A stretch of 63,474 nucleotides of DNA from Candidatus Yonathbacteria bacterium RIFCSPLOWO2_01_FULL_47_33b (GTDB taxonomy: Bacteria; Patescibacteriota; Minisyncoccia; Phycocordibacterales; UBA1550): NCBI GenBank assembly GCA_001823575.1, contig MHUW01000017.1:1-63474 (forward strand), written 5' to 3'. Under the pieces are notes generated by a model, which was given only the letters and a program-made list of their open reading frames with translations, made no database searches and was not told the origin of the DNA. Position numbers and translations under genes: made by a program. Positions 17,939-26,555 of the stretch are shown in pieces; the first letter of the stretch is position 1, and every line of letters starts with the position of its first letter.

Positions 17939-18262
17939 ATGCAAAAGTTATGTTTTGCCAATGAAGAATTGCGAAATAAATTTTTTGCGCATGTTTCTCC
18001 GTTAGAAGGTCGCTTATTCGTACAAACAATGGCTGGCCTGGAACCAGGGGTTTATAAGGAACGCTATCCAAGGGTTGGTGTCAGTTTACGTGGTGCGTGT
18101 GTTGCCTTGGAATTTCATGTCAACCAGAATCAAGAGCTAGATATTGAGAAAGTTACCGTACTGCATTATGGCGGACTAAAAGGATTGCGTTGGTCTGCTT
18201 GGGGATTAATGGAGCAGTTTTGGTGCAAACTCCTGAGGCTCATAAGAATTAAAGGGGAGTAA
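17939..18262 (+). CDS. Hypothetical protein (low-GC patch)
   Basis: This is a 107-aa ORF followed by the hairpin aaggccc-ttcgt-gggcctt plus a T-run (18361-18388). Confidence 0.3.
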   Translation: MQKLCFANEELRNKFFAHVSPLEGRLFVQTMAGLEPGVYKERYPRVGVSLRGACVALEFHVNQNQELDIEKVTVLHYGGLKGLRWSAWGLMEQFWCKLLRLIRIKGE

Positions 18263-18409
18263 CCGAAGAGAGTGGACTTCTTTTTCAGAAAAAGTAAATT
18301 TAATAGACCGCTGTTCTTATTAGTAAGGCAAGGCGCAAAAGCGTCCGCGATGTAAGGGTGAAGGCCCTTCGTGGGCCTTTTGTTTTTTGTACTTATTAGG
18401 AGTTCTGCG

Positions 18410-18631
18410 ATGAACAAATCCTCAAACACAAAAGAAAGCAAAGTATGTCTTTCACTTCCTGCGCTTACTCCAGATGAGATTAAGAAAGAGCGGGAAAAAA
18501 TGGGATTGAGTCAATTTTCTTTCAGTGTGAAATATGGCATCCCCATCAACACCTTGCGTGCTTGGGAACAGGGAACGCGAATGCCACGCGCTAAGAACAA
18601 GAATCTGTTGCTAAAGTTGTTTACAACGTGA
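18410..18631 (+). CDS. Small XRE/antitoxin-like HTH protein
   Basis: It contains MGLSQFSFSVKYGIPINTLRAWEQGTRMP, an RBS (taggag), and a terminator at 18658-18686 (ccctcca...tggaggg+T7). Confidence 0.55.
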   Translation: MNKSSNTKESKVCLSLPALTPDEIKKEREKMGLSQFSFSVKYGIPINTLRAWEQGTRMPRAKNKNLLLKLFTT

Positions 18632-18710
18632 TTTATTAAAAATCATGAATCCATGAACCCTCCAGTCTATATGGAGGGTTTTTTTATTGTTCAGCCTGTG
18701 TACCCCTCCT

Positions 18711-19910
18711 TTAAGAGGAGAAGCAAGTCTGTACCCACTGTTGTACCGGCGCACTAAGCTTGTAGAAAAAGAACACAGAGAGCAGGAAGCCAATTGCCAC
18801 GATAGCATCAATGACATATAACACCACGCGCTGCGCCTTGTACCGTTTATCAAGTGCCGAGAATGTGTCGGTAAAATTCGGCGCAATAGCAGCATGCTCT
18901 TTTTCAAGTTTCGCTTTTTGGCGATTGATCTCAATACCGATTACATCGAGCGTGTGTCGTTGGTTGCGCAATAGGAAGTGCATGAGCAACATGAAGACAA
19001 AGGAGCCCATAAGGATCGCGGCACTTATCCAGAAATTCCCGTCGATCTTGGTACTTTCTTTCATCTGGGTTGCAACAATGATGGTGGCAACAGGAATCCC
19101 AAGAAGTTGGTTCTGGATATCTGAAAATATCTTGTGAATCTTCCCGAAATATTCGACTCGTGCCGCTTCGATCTCATCTCGAATCTTCTCATATGAGAAG
19201 CCAGCGGCGAACAGCTTGTATCCTTTATCGAATCGTTCTTTTAGTTCTTTAGCATTTTCAAGAAGTGCCGCAAATCGTTTGGATGATGGGAGTTTGGCAG
19301 TGAGTTCATATATCGCCTCCGCCATGATGGAGGCGCACTGTTCCTCATGTACTCCTTGCGGAATCGCATTTGAGAGGTCTGCAAGCGTTGTAAGATTGGT
19401 TGCTCGCAAGTCCTTCTCGGTGAATTTGACAGGTACGTCGAACTTGCCTTCCTTCACAAAGACAAGAAGCTCATCCTGTTCATCAAGGAATGCCGCGCAT
19501 GATTTCAGCATGGCGATAAACGTAAGAATGGCGCGGTACGTAATGATCATATGTTTCGGAGGCACTGCGTCATTCTTGGAAAAATTAGTATCGAGCAGAT
19601 AGAAATTTGTCGGTTCTTTGACGTGCGCGGTCGGATACTGAAGGAGGGCATCAAAGTTTTCCGAAAGTAGGCCGAACCCTGGTCGCGGGGTTCGGATTTC
19701 TACTTGTACTGTAGAACCTATGCCGATAGTGGCAATGGCAGCGGGACTGAGGAGGGTAAGAGCGCTATTGTCAAAATCTGCTTCGCATGCTTGGAGGGCC
19801 GCAAGCTTCTCGGGGGTGTCAACTGATAACGTTCCCGTTACGATGCCTGCCTGATTGGTTCGGCCTGTGAGAGATCGAACTATCGTGACGAGGTCATTGA
19901 ACTGAGCCAT
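18711..19910 (-). CDS. Membrane protein of unknown function (about 290-aa soluble N-terminal region plus 3 C-terminal TM helices)
   Basis: The TM segments are IPVATIIVATQM, FWISAAILMGSFVFMLLMHFLL and VVLYVIDAIVAIGFLLSVFFFY. Its ATG overlaps the upstream gene's stop (TAATG). Confidence 0.5.
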   Translation of the reverse strand: MAQFNDLVTIVRSLTGRTNQAGIVTGTLSVDTPEKLAALQACEADFDNSALTLLSPAAIATIGIGSTVQVEIRTPRPGFGLLSENFDALLQYPTAHVKEPTNFYLLDTNFSKNDAVPPKHMIITYRAILTFIAMLKSCAAFLDEQDELLVFVKEGKFDVPVKFTEKDLRATNLTTLADLSNAIPQGVHEEQCASIMAEAIYELTAKLPSSKRFAALLENAKELKERFDKGYKLFAAGFSYEKIRDEIEAARVEYFGKIHKIFSDIQNQLLGIPVATIIVATQMKESTKIDGNFWISAAILMGSFVFMLLMHFLLRNQRHTLDVIGIEINRQKAKLEKEHAAIAPNFTDTFSALDKRYKAQRVVLYVIDAIVAIGFLLSVFFFYKLSAPVQQWVQTCFSS

Positions 19911-20923
19911 TAACCAAGCTCGCTACGGAGTTCTGCCTCCAAATTCTCTGGGAGGTTAGTGAGGGTCAGCGTATGTTTTTCAGAGTCATATTTTGCTTGC
20001 CCGTTGGTAAGTGCACGGCGATCAATCTCTACCGACCATAACGGCGTCTTTGCCTTGATCTTAACAAGTGTTTTGAGACTGCGACCATCGGGCACGAAGC
20101 CGTCACTTATTTGAACATCTCCAGTCGTGAGCGCTTTCTGAAGCGATTGGGGGTCGTCTGGCCAAATAGCATTCGTAAGGGTTTCGAGAATGAGGGGCTG
20201 ATCATTTCTTTGACGATCAGAGCAGTGGTCATGCGCAGCCTTGAGAAAATCTTCCTGCTGCTCTGGCGTGAGACCGGATTTCTTGGCGAAGTCTTTGAGA
20301 ACAGCGACGAGCTTCTTTGTTTCCTCCGTGGAGGCGATTAGCTCGTCACAGCCAAGAAACAGTTTGAAGTAATCGGAGACTTCGCCTCTCTGCTTGAGGA
20401 AGCCGATATATCGAACATCCTTTTCACCCTTGAGCCAATCGGTAAGGTTTACCCGTCCAGCAACCCGGAGATTCTGGAGATCGACATGTACTGAATCGAC
20501 CACTTCAAGCGAATCATCATTAATGGCACTACCTTTGATGTTGGTGATGATGGCGACAAGGAACCATCTTACCTTTGCGGTATCCGTGATTTGTGCCATG
20601 AGAACATAGCCACCGGTGGCGAGGGGTGCTTGACCCGCTTTCGTGGCGAGTACCTTCATGAGATCTTGAGATGCCTCAAGGAAAGATTTGCTTTTATCCT
20701 TGAACGTTTTTCGAAGGATGCGGGAAGCCGGATAGTTGGTTTCGTCTGCATGGAACCTACCGTATCCTTTCCCTGTACGATCCGCGTATAGCCCATGGAT
20801 ATCATGCACGAGCTTTTGTACAGGTTCGGTTACGTTCAGAGTTGATGACCGGGTAACAACTGTGGCTCTACCATGTCGCTCTTTGACGAGCTTGTGGATG
20901 ACGACCGAATCGATTGTGCTCAA
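19910..20923 (-). CDS. YejK/NdpA-family nucleoid-associated protein homolog
   Basis: By-eye alignment to the E. coli YejK layout finds four blocks: VVIHKLVKE, GGYVLMAQI....WFLVAIITN, RVNLTDWLKGEKDVRYIGFLKQRGEVSDYFKLFLGC, and the C-terminal HTLTLTNLPENLEAEL. Confidence 0.75.
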   Translation of the reverse strand: MSTIDSVVIHKLVKERHGRATVVTRSSTLNVTEPVQKLVHDIHGLYADRTGKGYGRFHADETNYPASRILRKTFKDKSKSFLEASQDLMKVLATKAGQAPLATGGYVLMAQITDTAKVRWFLVAIITNIKGSAINDDSLEVVDSVHVDLQNLRVAGRVNLTDWLKGEKDVRYIGFLKQRGEVSDYFKLFLGCDELIASTEETKKLVAVLKDFAKKSGLTPEQQEDFLKAAHDHCSDRQRNDQPLILETLTNAIWPDDPQSLQKALTTGDVQISDGFVPDGRSLKTLVKIKAKTPLWSVEIDRRALTNGQAKYDSEKHTLTLTNLPENLEAELRSELG

Positions 20924-20952
20924 AGCCTTTCCCCTAAAGAACGTTGACAGTT

Positions 20953-21216
20953 TCAGCGCGGTTTCTTGGCATTGCCGAGTGCTATTCCGCGCGCCGCTTT
21001 TTTCTCTATGGGCACTCTGGCAATGGCAGTTTCGTAATCAAGGCCTGCATCCTTCATGGAACGAATGAGGGACGCAATCACCGCTAAGTGGGAGGGCACT
21101 TCGCCAACCGACTTATAGTTTGTAATTGAGTTGGGGTTGAGCTTCAAGAGCCGCGCGAAGGCGCGGCCGGAGAGCCCAGCCCGTCTTAATTCTTCTTGAA
21201 ATGAATCGTACCTCAT
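20953..21216 (-). CDS. Small HTH protein, paralog of the RM-associated controller-like protein at 26556..26843
   Basis: The shared blocks are AGL...AFA.L.K.N.NSITNYK..GEVP.H.A and the tail IE.KK.RG.A. Confidence 0.6.
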   Translation of the reverse strand: MRYDSFQEELRRAGLSGRAFARLLKLNPNSITNYKSVGEVPSHLAVIASLIRSMKDAGLDYETAIARVPIEKKAARGIALGNAKKPR

Positions 21217-21325
21217 TAAGGCGGGGACGATAGCATAGATTCACACTAATTTGTGTGGTCATCGCTTGAGCGCACATTAGTTAGTGTGTATAGTTTTGCG
21301 TGTTACAGAAAACAAGGGGGTGGTC

Positions 21326-23131
21326 ATGCGTGAAGATACAAACACCAAGCGCGTCGGCATTTGGATTCGTGTTTCTACCGAAGACCAGGTGAAAGGGGAG
21401 AGTCCTGAGCACCACGAGCGCCGTGCCCGCCTCTACGCCGAAGCCAAGGGCTGGAACGTGGTCGAGGTGTACCGCCTGGATGCAATCTCGGGGAAGACCG
21501 TCAAAGACACCCCCGAAGCCAAGCGTATGCTCGTTGATATCAAGAACGGGCACATCACCGGGCTCATCTTCTCCAAACTCGCCCGCCTTGCCCGCAATAC
21601 CAAAGAACTCCTCGAATTCGCTGAAATCTTCCGCGAGTACGACGCCGACCTCATATCCCTTGCCGAATCCATCGACACTTCAACTCCTGCTGGTCGCCTT
21701 TTCTACACCATGATTGCGGCGATGGCCCAATGGGAGCGGGAAGAAATCGCTGCGCGTGTTGCCGCCTCCGTCCCCATCCGTGCCAAGATGGGGAAGCCAT
21801 TGGGCGGCCAGGCCCCCTTTGGCTACCAATGGAACGAACACAAGCTTCTTCCTCATCCAGCCGAAGCACCAGTACGGAAGCTCATGTATGAACTTTTTCG
21901 GGAATATCGACGCAAGAAAACCATTGCGCGGATGCTCAACGAGCGTGGCTATCGTACCCGGAATGGCTCACTGTTCTCTGACACAACGGTAGACCGCCTT
22001 CTCCGTGACCCCACGGCGAAAGGCATCCGTCGTGCAAACTACACCGTCTCCAAGAACAGCAAGAAAGCATGGGAGTTGAAGCCGGAAAGTGAATGGGTGC
22101 TCCATGAGGTAGAAGCCATCGTTACCGAAGACCTCTGGAACGAATGCAATGCCATCCTTGATGAGCAACGGGCGAAGGGGAAACGTCCCACAAGACAGGT
22201 CATCCACCTCTTTGCCGGGCTTACCTACTGCGGCTGCGGGGAGAAGATGTACGTGCCATCAAACACCCCCAAATACGTCTGCCATTCCTGCCGGAACAAG
22301 ATTCCGGTTGTTGACCTAGAGGGGGTATTCCACGAACAGATCAAGAACTTCTTCTTTTCACCAGAGGAGATCGCCGCACACGTGGGCAAAGCTCACGCCG
22401 TCATCAAAGAAAAAGAAGAACTCTTGAGTACACTTTACCGGGAACAGAAGAAGCTCGCGGCTGAGGTTGACCTACTCTATGACCTCTATCAGTCGGGCGC
22501 AATCGACAAGCACGGTTTTGGTGCCAAGTATCACCCTCTGGCAACCAGGCAGCGGCAGCTTGAAGACGAGATTCCCCAAGTCCAGGCAGAACTTGATGTC
22601 CTCAAAATCTCCCACCTCTCTCAAGAAGAGATCGTCACCAGTGCCCGTGACCTGTATTCCCGCTGGCCTGAGCTTCCCCATGAAGAAAAACGCCGGATCG
22701 TGGAAGTCATCACCGACCGGATCATCATCCACGAAGGGGAAGTAGAAATGAACCTCTTCTACGCTCCGCCTGCATCGACACCAGGCATGACGCCTCCCAC
22801 TTCGCAAACACCCCCGACCCCCTCCACCCCTCCTTTAAACGATGGTGGAATGGCAACGAAACTTCATGGCCGCGTTGCCTTCTTGCCATACGTAGCCGTA
22901 ACGCTTAAGGCATTGAGAAGAAAGGAATTTGATTTTGACCCCAAGACGCTAGGCGAGCACATCAAGAAACGCAGGCTGGAACTCAAACTTACCCAGAAGG
23001 AAGTAGCCGCCCGCCTCAAGGTGAACGCCTGGACGGTGCTCAATTGGGAAAAAGGGGAAACGCAGCCGCTTCCGCAGTCAGTACCAAAGATCATCTTGTT
23101 TCTTGGTTACGATCCAATGTGTGAGGCTTAG
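21326..23131 (+). CDS. Large serine recombinase (integrase 2) with Pro-rich linker and C-terminal XRE-type HTH extension
   Basis: It begins VGIWIRVSTEDQ (catalytic Ser) and has a zinc ribbon (CGCGEKMYVPSNTPKYVCHSCRNK) and a coiled coil. A tail from about 22772 follows (PPTSQTPPTPSTPP then LTQKEVAARLKVNAWTVLNWEKGE). Confidence 0.85.
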   Translation: MREDTNTKRVGIWIRVSTEDQVKGESPEHHERRARLYAEAKGWNVVEVYRLDAISGKTVKDTPEAKRMLVDIKNGHITGLIFSKLARLARNTKELLEFAEIFREYDADLISLAESIDTSTPAGRLFYTMIAAMAQWEREEIAARVAASVPIRAKMGKPLGGQAPFGYQWNEHKLLPHPAEAPVRKLMYELFREYRRKKTIARMLNERGYRTRNGSLFSDTTVDRLLRDPTAKGIRRANYTVSKNSKKAWELKPESEWVLHEVEAIVTEDLWNECNAILDEQRAKGKRPTRQVIHLFAGLTYCGCGEKMYVPSNTPKYVCHSCRNKIPVVDLEGVFHEQIKNFFFSPEEIAAHVGKAHAVIKEKEELLSTLYREQKKLAAEVDLLYDLYQSGAIDKHGFGAKYHPLATRQRQLEDEIPQVQAELDVLKISHLSQEEIVTSARDLYSRWPELPHEEKRRIVEVITDRIIIHEGEVEMNLFYAPPASTPGMTPPTSQTPPTPSTPPLNDGGMATKLHGRVAFLPYVAVTLKALRRKEFDFDPKTLGEHIKKRRLELKLTQKEVAARLKVNAWTVLNWEKGETQPLPQSVPKIILFLGYDPMCEA

Positions 23132-23249
23132 GAAATCAACGTCGGGGATAGTGTATCAACCATCGTGCCGGTTCTGCTGAAAAAATATTCTTGCGCATGC
23201 CTAAGTCGTGCGCTAAGCTTACGCTTACATAATTGCTTAGCGTGTTCCC

Positions 23250-23519
23250 ATGACAGGTTCTGAAATTACCGAGCTCCGTAAATCATTGGGGCTTTCCCAA
23301 GTGGAATTCGCACAGCTTTTTGATGCGCATCATATGACGGTGAGCAAGTGGGAGCGGGGATTGCTCTCACCCTCCCCGTATCAGATAGGACTCATGCGCG
23401 AGTTTCATAAAGCTGCTGAGGCAGAGCGTGCAAAGGTGCAGCAGGAAGTGAAAAATCTGCTCATCGGTGCCGGAGTCATTGCGGCAATTTTTTGGTTATT
23501 AACAACAGCAAAGAAATAA
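23250..23519 (+). CDS. XRE HTH protein with C-terminal TM helix
   Basis: It contains LGLSQVEFAQLFDAHHMTVSKWERG and the C-terminal LLIGAGVIAAIFWLLTTA. Confidence 0.6.
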   Translation: MTGSEITELRKSLGLSQVEFAQLFDAHHMTVSKWERGLLSPSPYQIGLMREFHKAAEAERAKVQQEVKNLLIGAGVIAAIFWLLTTAKK

Positions 23520-23528
23520 GGGGATTGT

Positions 23529-23906
23529 ATGTATGCGAATACTTACTCTCGCATGGCTGTAATTGCGCGAGATAAATTAACGGGGTTCGGCGAGCATTGG
23601 GGCATCCTGCTTCCGACCGGGTATGTTGCTCATAATACGGATGAGCGGAATACCCATGTTGTTACGTTTGAAGAATTTGCTGCGGGAAAGCCCGTGAAGG
23701 TAATCCGCGAAGTGCCACCCTCTGAACACCGGGGAACGTATTGGCGCTTGCAAGCTGAACTTGCCGCAGCACGCCCCTATGACCTTCTTCAATACAACTG
23801 TGAGATATTCGCTAATACGGTTACAGGCTACAAACCGGAGAGTCCGCAGGTGAAGGGATGGGCTCTCCTTGCTCTGCTTGCGCTTGTTGTGCGAATTGCC
23901 GCCTAA
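23529..23906 (+). CDS. LRAT/NlpC-P60-like (NC-domain) papain-fold protein with C-terminal TM helix
   Basis: It has a His block (GEHWGI), the LRAT-type motif YNCEIFAN (compare NCEHF), and the C-terminal WALLALLALVVRIAA. Confidence 0.45.
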   Translation: MYANTYSRMAVIARDKLTGFGEHWGILLPTGYVAHNTDERNTHVVTFEEFAAGKPVKVIREVPPSEHRGTYWRLQAELAAARPYDLLQYNCEIFANTVTGYKPESPQVKGWALLALLALVVRIAA

Positions 23907-24039
23907 ATTGCTATTTTCTAAGTCCCGGGTACGTCTTTCCTTTATGGTTAATTTATCTTCAATTTCAGCGCGATTTGGGTTCGGCCAGCTTTGGGATTCC
24001 CGGTATTATGTAGCTGTTGCCGAGCCACTATAAACACAA

Positions 24040-24468
24040 TCAGTTATGCAATATTTCTTTGTGATCCTCAAGAAATTCGACAATGCGGCGTTTCACGGAC
24101 TCTGGTTCTTTAAGCTCACATTCCCAAATAATAAGAGTTCTCCAACCAAGCTTATTTAGAGCCTCCAGAGTTACCTCATCCCGATCCCGATTGCTGTTGA
24201 TCTTTGCTAACCAGTACGCCGCATTCTGTTTAGGCTTACGCGCACCACGTTGGCAATCGTGTCCGTGCCAGAAACATCCATGAACAAATATGATTTTATG
24301 ACGACCAGCGAATACAAGGTCAGGTTTGCCAGGTAGATCGGCGCAGTGCAGCCGGTAGCGATAACCCATATTAAAAACGAGGCGACGCACCAGCATTTCC
24401 GGGCCAGTATCACGCCCTTTCACTGCACGCATGATGCGGCTGCGAAGCTCGGGCGTGCCTTCCTTCAT
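24040..24468 (-). CDS. vsr: Very short patch repair endonuclease
   Basis: It contains SRIMRAVKGRDTGPEMLVRRLVFNMGYRYRLH...PGKPDLVF...IIFVHGCFWHGH. Confidence 0.85.
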   Translation of the reverse strand: MKEGTPELRSRIMRAVKGRDTGPEMLVRRLVFNMGYRYRLHCADLPGKPDLVFAGRHKIIFVHGCFWHGHDCQRGARKPKQNAAYWLAKINSNRDRDEVTLEALNKLGWRTLIIWECELKEPESVKRRIVEFLEDHKEILHN

Positions 24469-25322
24469 GCGCGGTGAAGGGGTGTATCGTCCGATGCTGC
24501 TATTTCTATCCCATTTCGCACAAGACGGGTGCGCCGGACAGTTTCTGCTCCCTTGTGATTTACCTCAAGATAAACAGATGTTAGTTCGTCATCCTTGCCG
24601 CCAAATACATCAAACAATGCTTGGAGAAAGCCTACATCGTTAAGGCTTTGTGGTGGAGGCGCTGGGTTGTTGCGCACACTCGGCACCGTTGATGGAAAGA
24701 GATAAATACATGGCGGCGCAAGCCTGTAGTCGCCCAATTCCATCGCCTTTACTCTATCAAGCTTAGGGCAGGGCCGCGCCACTGTTCCGCAGAGAATGTC
24801 CCAAATAACCAATCCATCCACCACTTGAGAACGGCCGATGATTTCGGCGCTTAGCCGTGTGTGAATTCCCGACCAGGCACCCTTTCGGGGATCGGAGCCT
24901 TCATTTTGACACATGCTCCAAACGATAAACTCATTTGCATTCGCTGGCCGGTCAAAAATGTTCGTGTTGTTTCCGTCAAGACATCCTTTGAGTTCAATAA
25001 CGGCTGTTCGCCCGTTGGGAAGGCGAACCTGATAATCATGGCGATTATCTTCTCCCGCAGATTTCCAGTCAGCAATCGCGTCTTTTGCTTTCATGTAGTC
25101 CAACACCGTAGCAACGAAGGCACGCTTGTACTTCATCGTCGCGGCTTGTTGACCACGTACACGTTCGATTGCCCCACGAAAGAGGCCGCTTTGATAAAAG
25201 TTTTGTTCGTCTAGGCCATGGTTACCCAACTTGTGCGCTTCATGTTTCAGCGTTTCTGCAAATTCGACAATTAGTTTCCGCAGTGCCGGATTTTTCTCAC
25301 AAGGGGTTATGGGAGAACTCAT
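24465..25322 (-). CDS. Putative type II restriction endonuclease (PD-(D/E)xK)
   Basis: It sits between the C5-methyltransferase and vsr and overlaps vsr by 4 nt. It has the candidate motif HDYQV...GRTAVIELKG. Confidence 0.5.
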   Translation of the reverse strand: MSSPITPCEKNPALRKLIVEFAETLKHEAHKLGNHGLDEQNFYQSGLFRGAIERVRGQQAATMKYKRAFVATVLDYMKAKDAIADWKSAGEDNRHDYQVRLPNGRTAVIELKGCLDGNNTNIFDRPANANEFIVWSMCQNEGSDPRKGAWSGIHTRLSAEIIGRSQVVDGLVIWDILCGTVARPCPKLDRVKAMELGDYRLAPPCIYLFPSTVPSVRNNPAPPPQSLNDVGFLQALFDVFGGKDDELTSVYLEVNHKGAETVRRTRLVRNGIEIAASDDTPLHRA

Positions 25323-25355
25323 ATAAAAACCTCAATCGGGAATGATATCGCGATC

Positions 25356-26522
25356 TTAGCTTAAATTCGGTTGGCCCGCAGTTTGGGCCAAGTGAGACAA
25401 CAGATGCTTGGCAAGGTAACGCGCTACTGGAACAGCAACAGCATCGCCCATGGCGGTATATCCGTCATTGTAGGAACCCGGCAGTTTGTATGATTCCGGT
25501 GCACCCATCAGCCGTGCGGCCTCGCGGACGGTTAAAAGCCGGGTGTCGATACGCTTTCCACGCTTTAGGACAATAACCTGGCGGCTGCTGCCGCCTTGTG
25601 CAGTCCGCAGGCAACCTGCAATATCGTCAAAGCGCAGTTCGAGAACTTGATTGCCTTTACGGGTGCGCTTGTAACCAGGCGCGACCGTAACAGCCTCTTG
25701 GCTCAATCGTTCCCAATGACTGCTTGGGATCATTCCTAATTTTTTAGCCGAAGCCTTTGGTGGATCGCAGGCTGCATCCCATTCAATGACATCCGATAAC
25801 GTGATTTTGCGTTTGCTTGGTTCAGGCATTTTCCACCATACCCAACCTTTCAATCCTTCTGCCGCCTTAACCAAAGTGTCCGAATGAGCCCAATTGGGGC
25901 CAGTATCGATCAGGTTAGCGGGAATCTTTGCCCCTTTCTCGACAGCAATTACAAATACTCGCTGACGGGATTGTGGCACCCAAAGAGACGCATCCAACAT
26001 AACAGCCCCTACGATGTAACCTTTTTTGCGCAAAGCCTCATGCAAAGCGCGGTAATGGATACCGCCATCGGCAGAGATAAGACCCGTCACGTTCTCAGCC
26101 ACCAAGAAAGGCGGACGTTTCGGCATCTCGTCCATAATCCGAAGCCATTGCCATACCAGCCCGCTACGCTCAGCGTGAATGCCAGCCGTTAGTCCGGCAA
26201 GTGACAAATCTTGGCAAGGGAAGCTTGCCCAGGAAAGAACAGCTTGCGGCAGGTCAGCACCATTCACATCGGCAATAGAACCTGAATGGAAATGTTTTTT
26301 CCCGTGGTTGGCAGTGTAAACAGCTGCCTTCTTCTCGCAGATGTCGTTTGCCCATGCAGGCTTGAAAAATTGGCTCAAACCTTGGGCAACAAGGCCGCTA
26401 CCTGCGAAAAATTCCAAGAATGCAGGCTTGGCGCGGCTGGTGCTCTTTTGAGCCGAACGCGGCGCTACTGCACTTGTCCCGGCATCACACTTGAATGAGA
26501 GGGAAACGCCTGAGCTATCCAT
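25356..26522 (-). CDS. dcm: DNA (cytosine-5)-methyltransferase
   Basis: Motif I is FLEFFAGSGL. Motif IV is SFPCQDLSLAG. Motif VI is ENV (LVAENVTGL). A late block, GDAV.VPV, is also present. Confidence 0.9.
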   Translation of the reverse strand: MDSSGVSLSFKCDAGTSAVAPRSAQKSTSRAKPAFLEFFAGSGLVAQGLSQFFKPAWANDICEKKAAVYTANHGKKHFHSGSIADVNGADLPQAVLSWASFPCQDLSLAGLTAGIHAERSGLVWQWLRIMDEMPKRPPFLVAENVTGLISADGGIHYRALHEALRKKGYIVGAVMLDASLWVPQSRQRVFVIAVEKGAKIPANLIDTGPNWAHSDTLVKAAEGLKGWVWWKMPEPSKRKITLSDVIEWDAACDPPKASAKKLGMIPSSHWERLSQEAVTVAPGYKRTRKGNQVLELRFDDIAGCLRTAQGGSSRQVIVLKRGKRIDTRLLTVREAARLMGAPESYKLPGSYNDGYTAMGDAVAVPVARYLAKHLLSHLAQTAGQPNLS

Positions 26523-26555
26523 TGCTATTCCCTCGAAAAAATAAATTCAGTTCCA

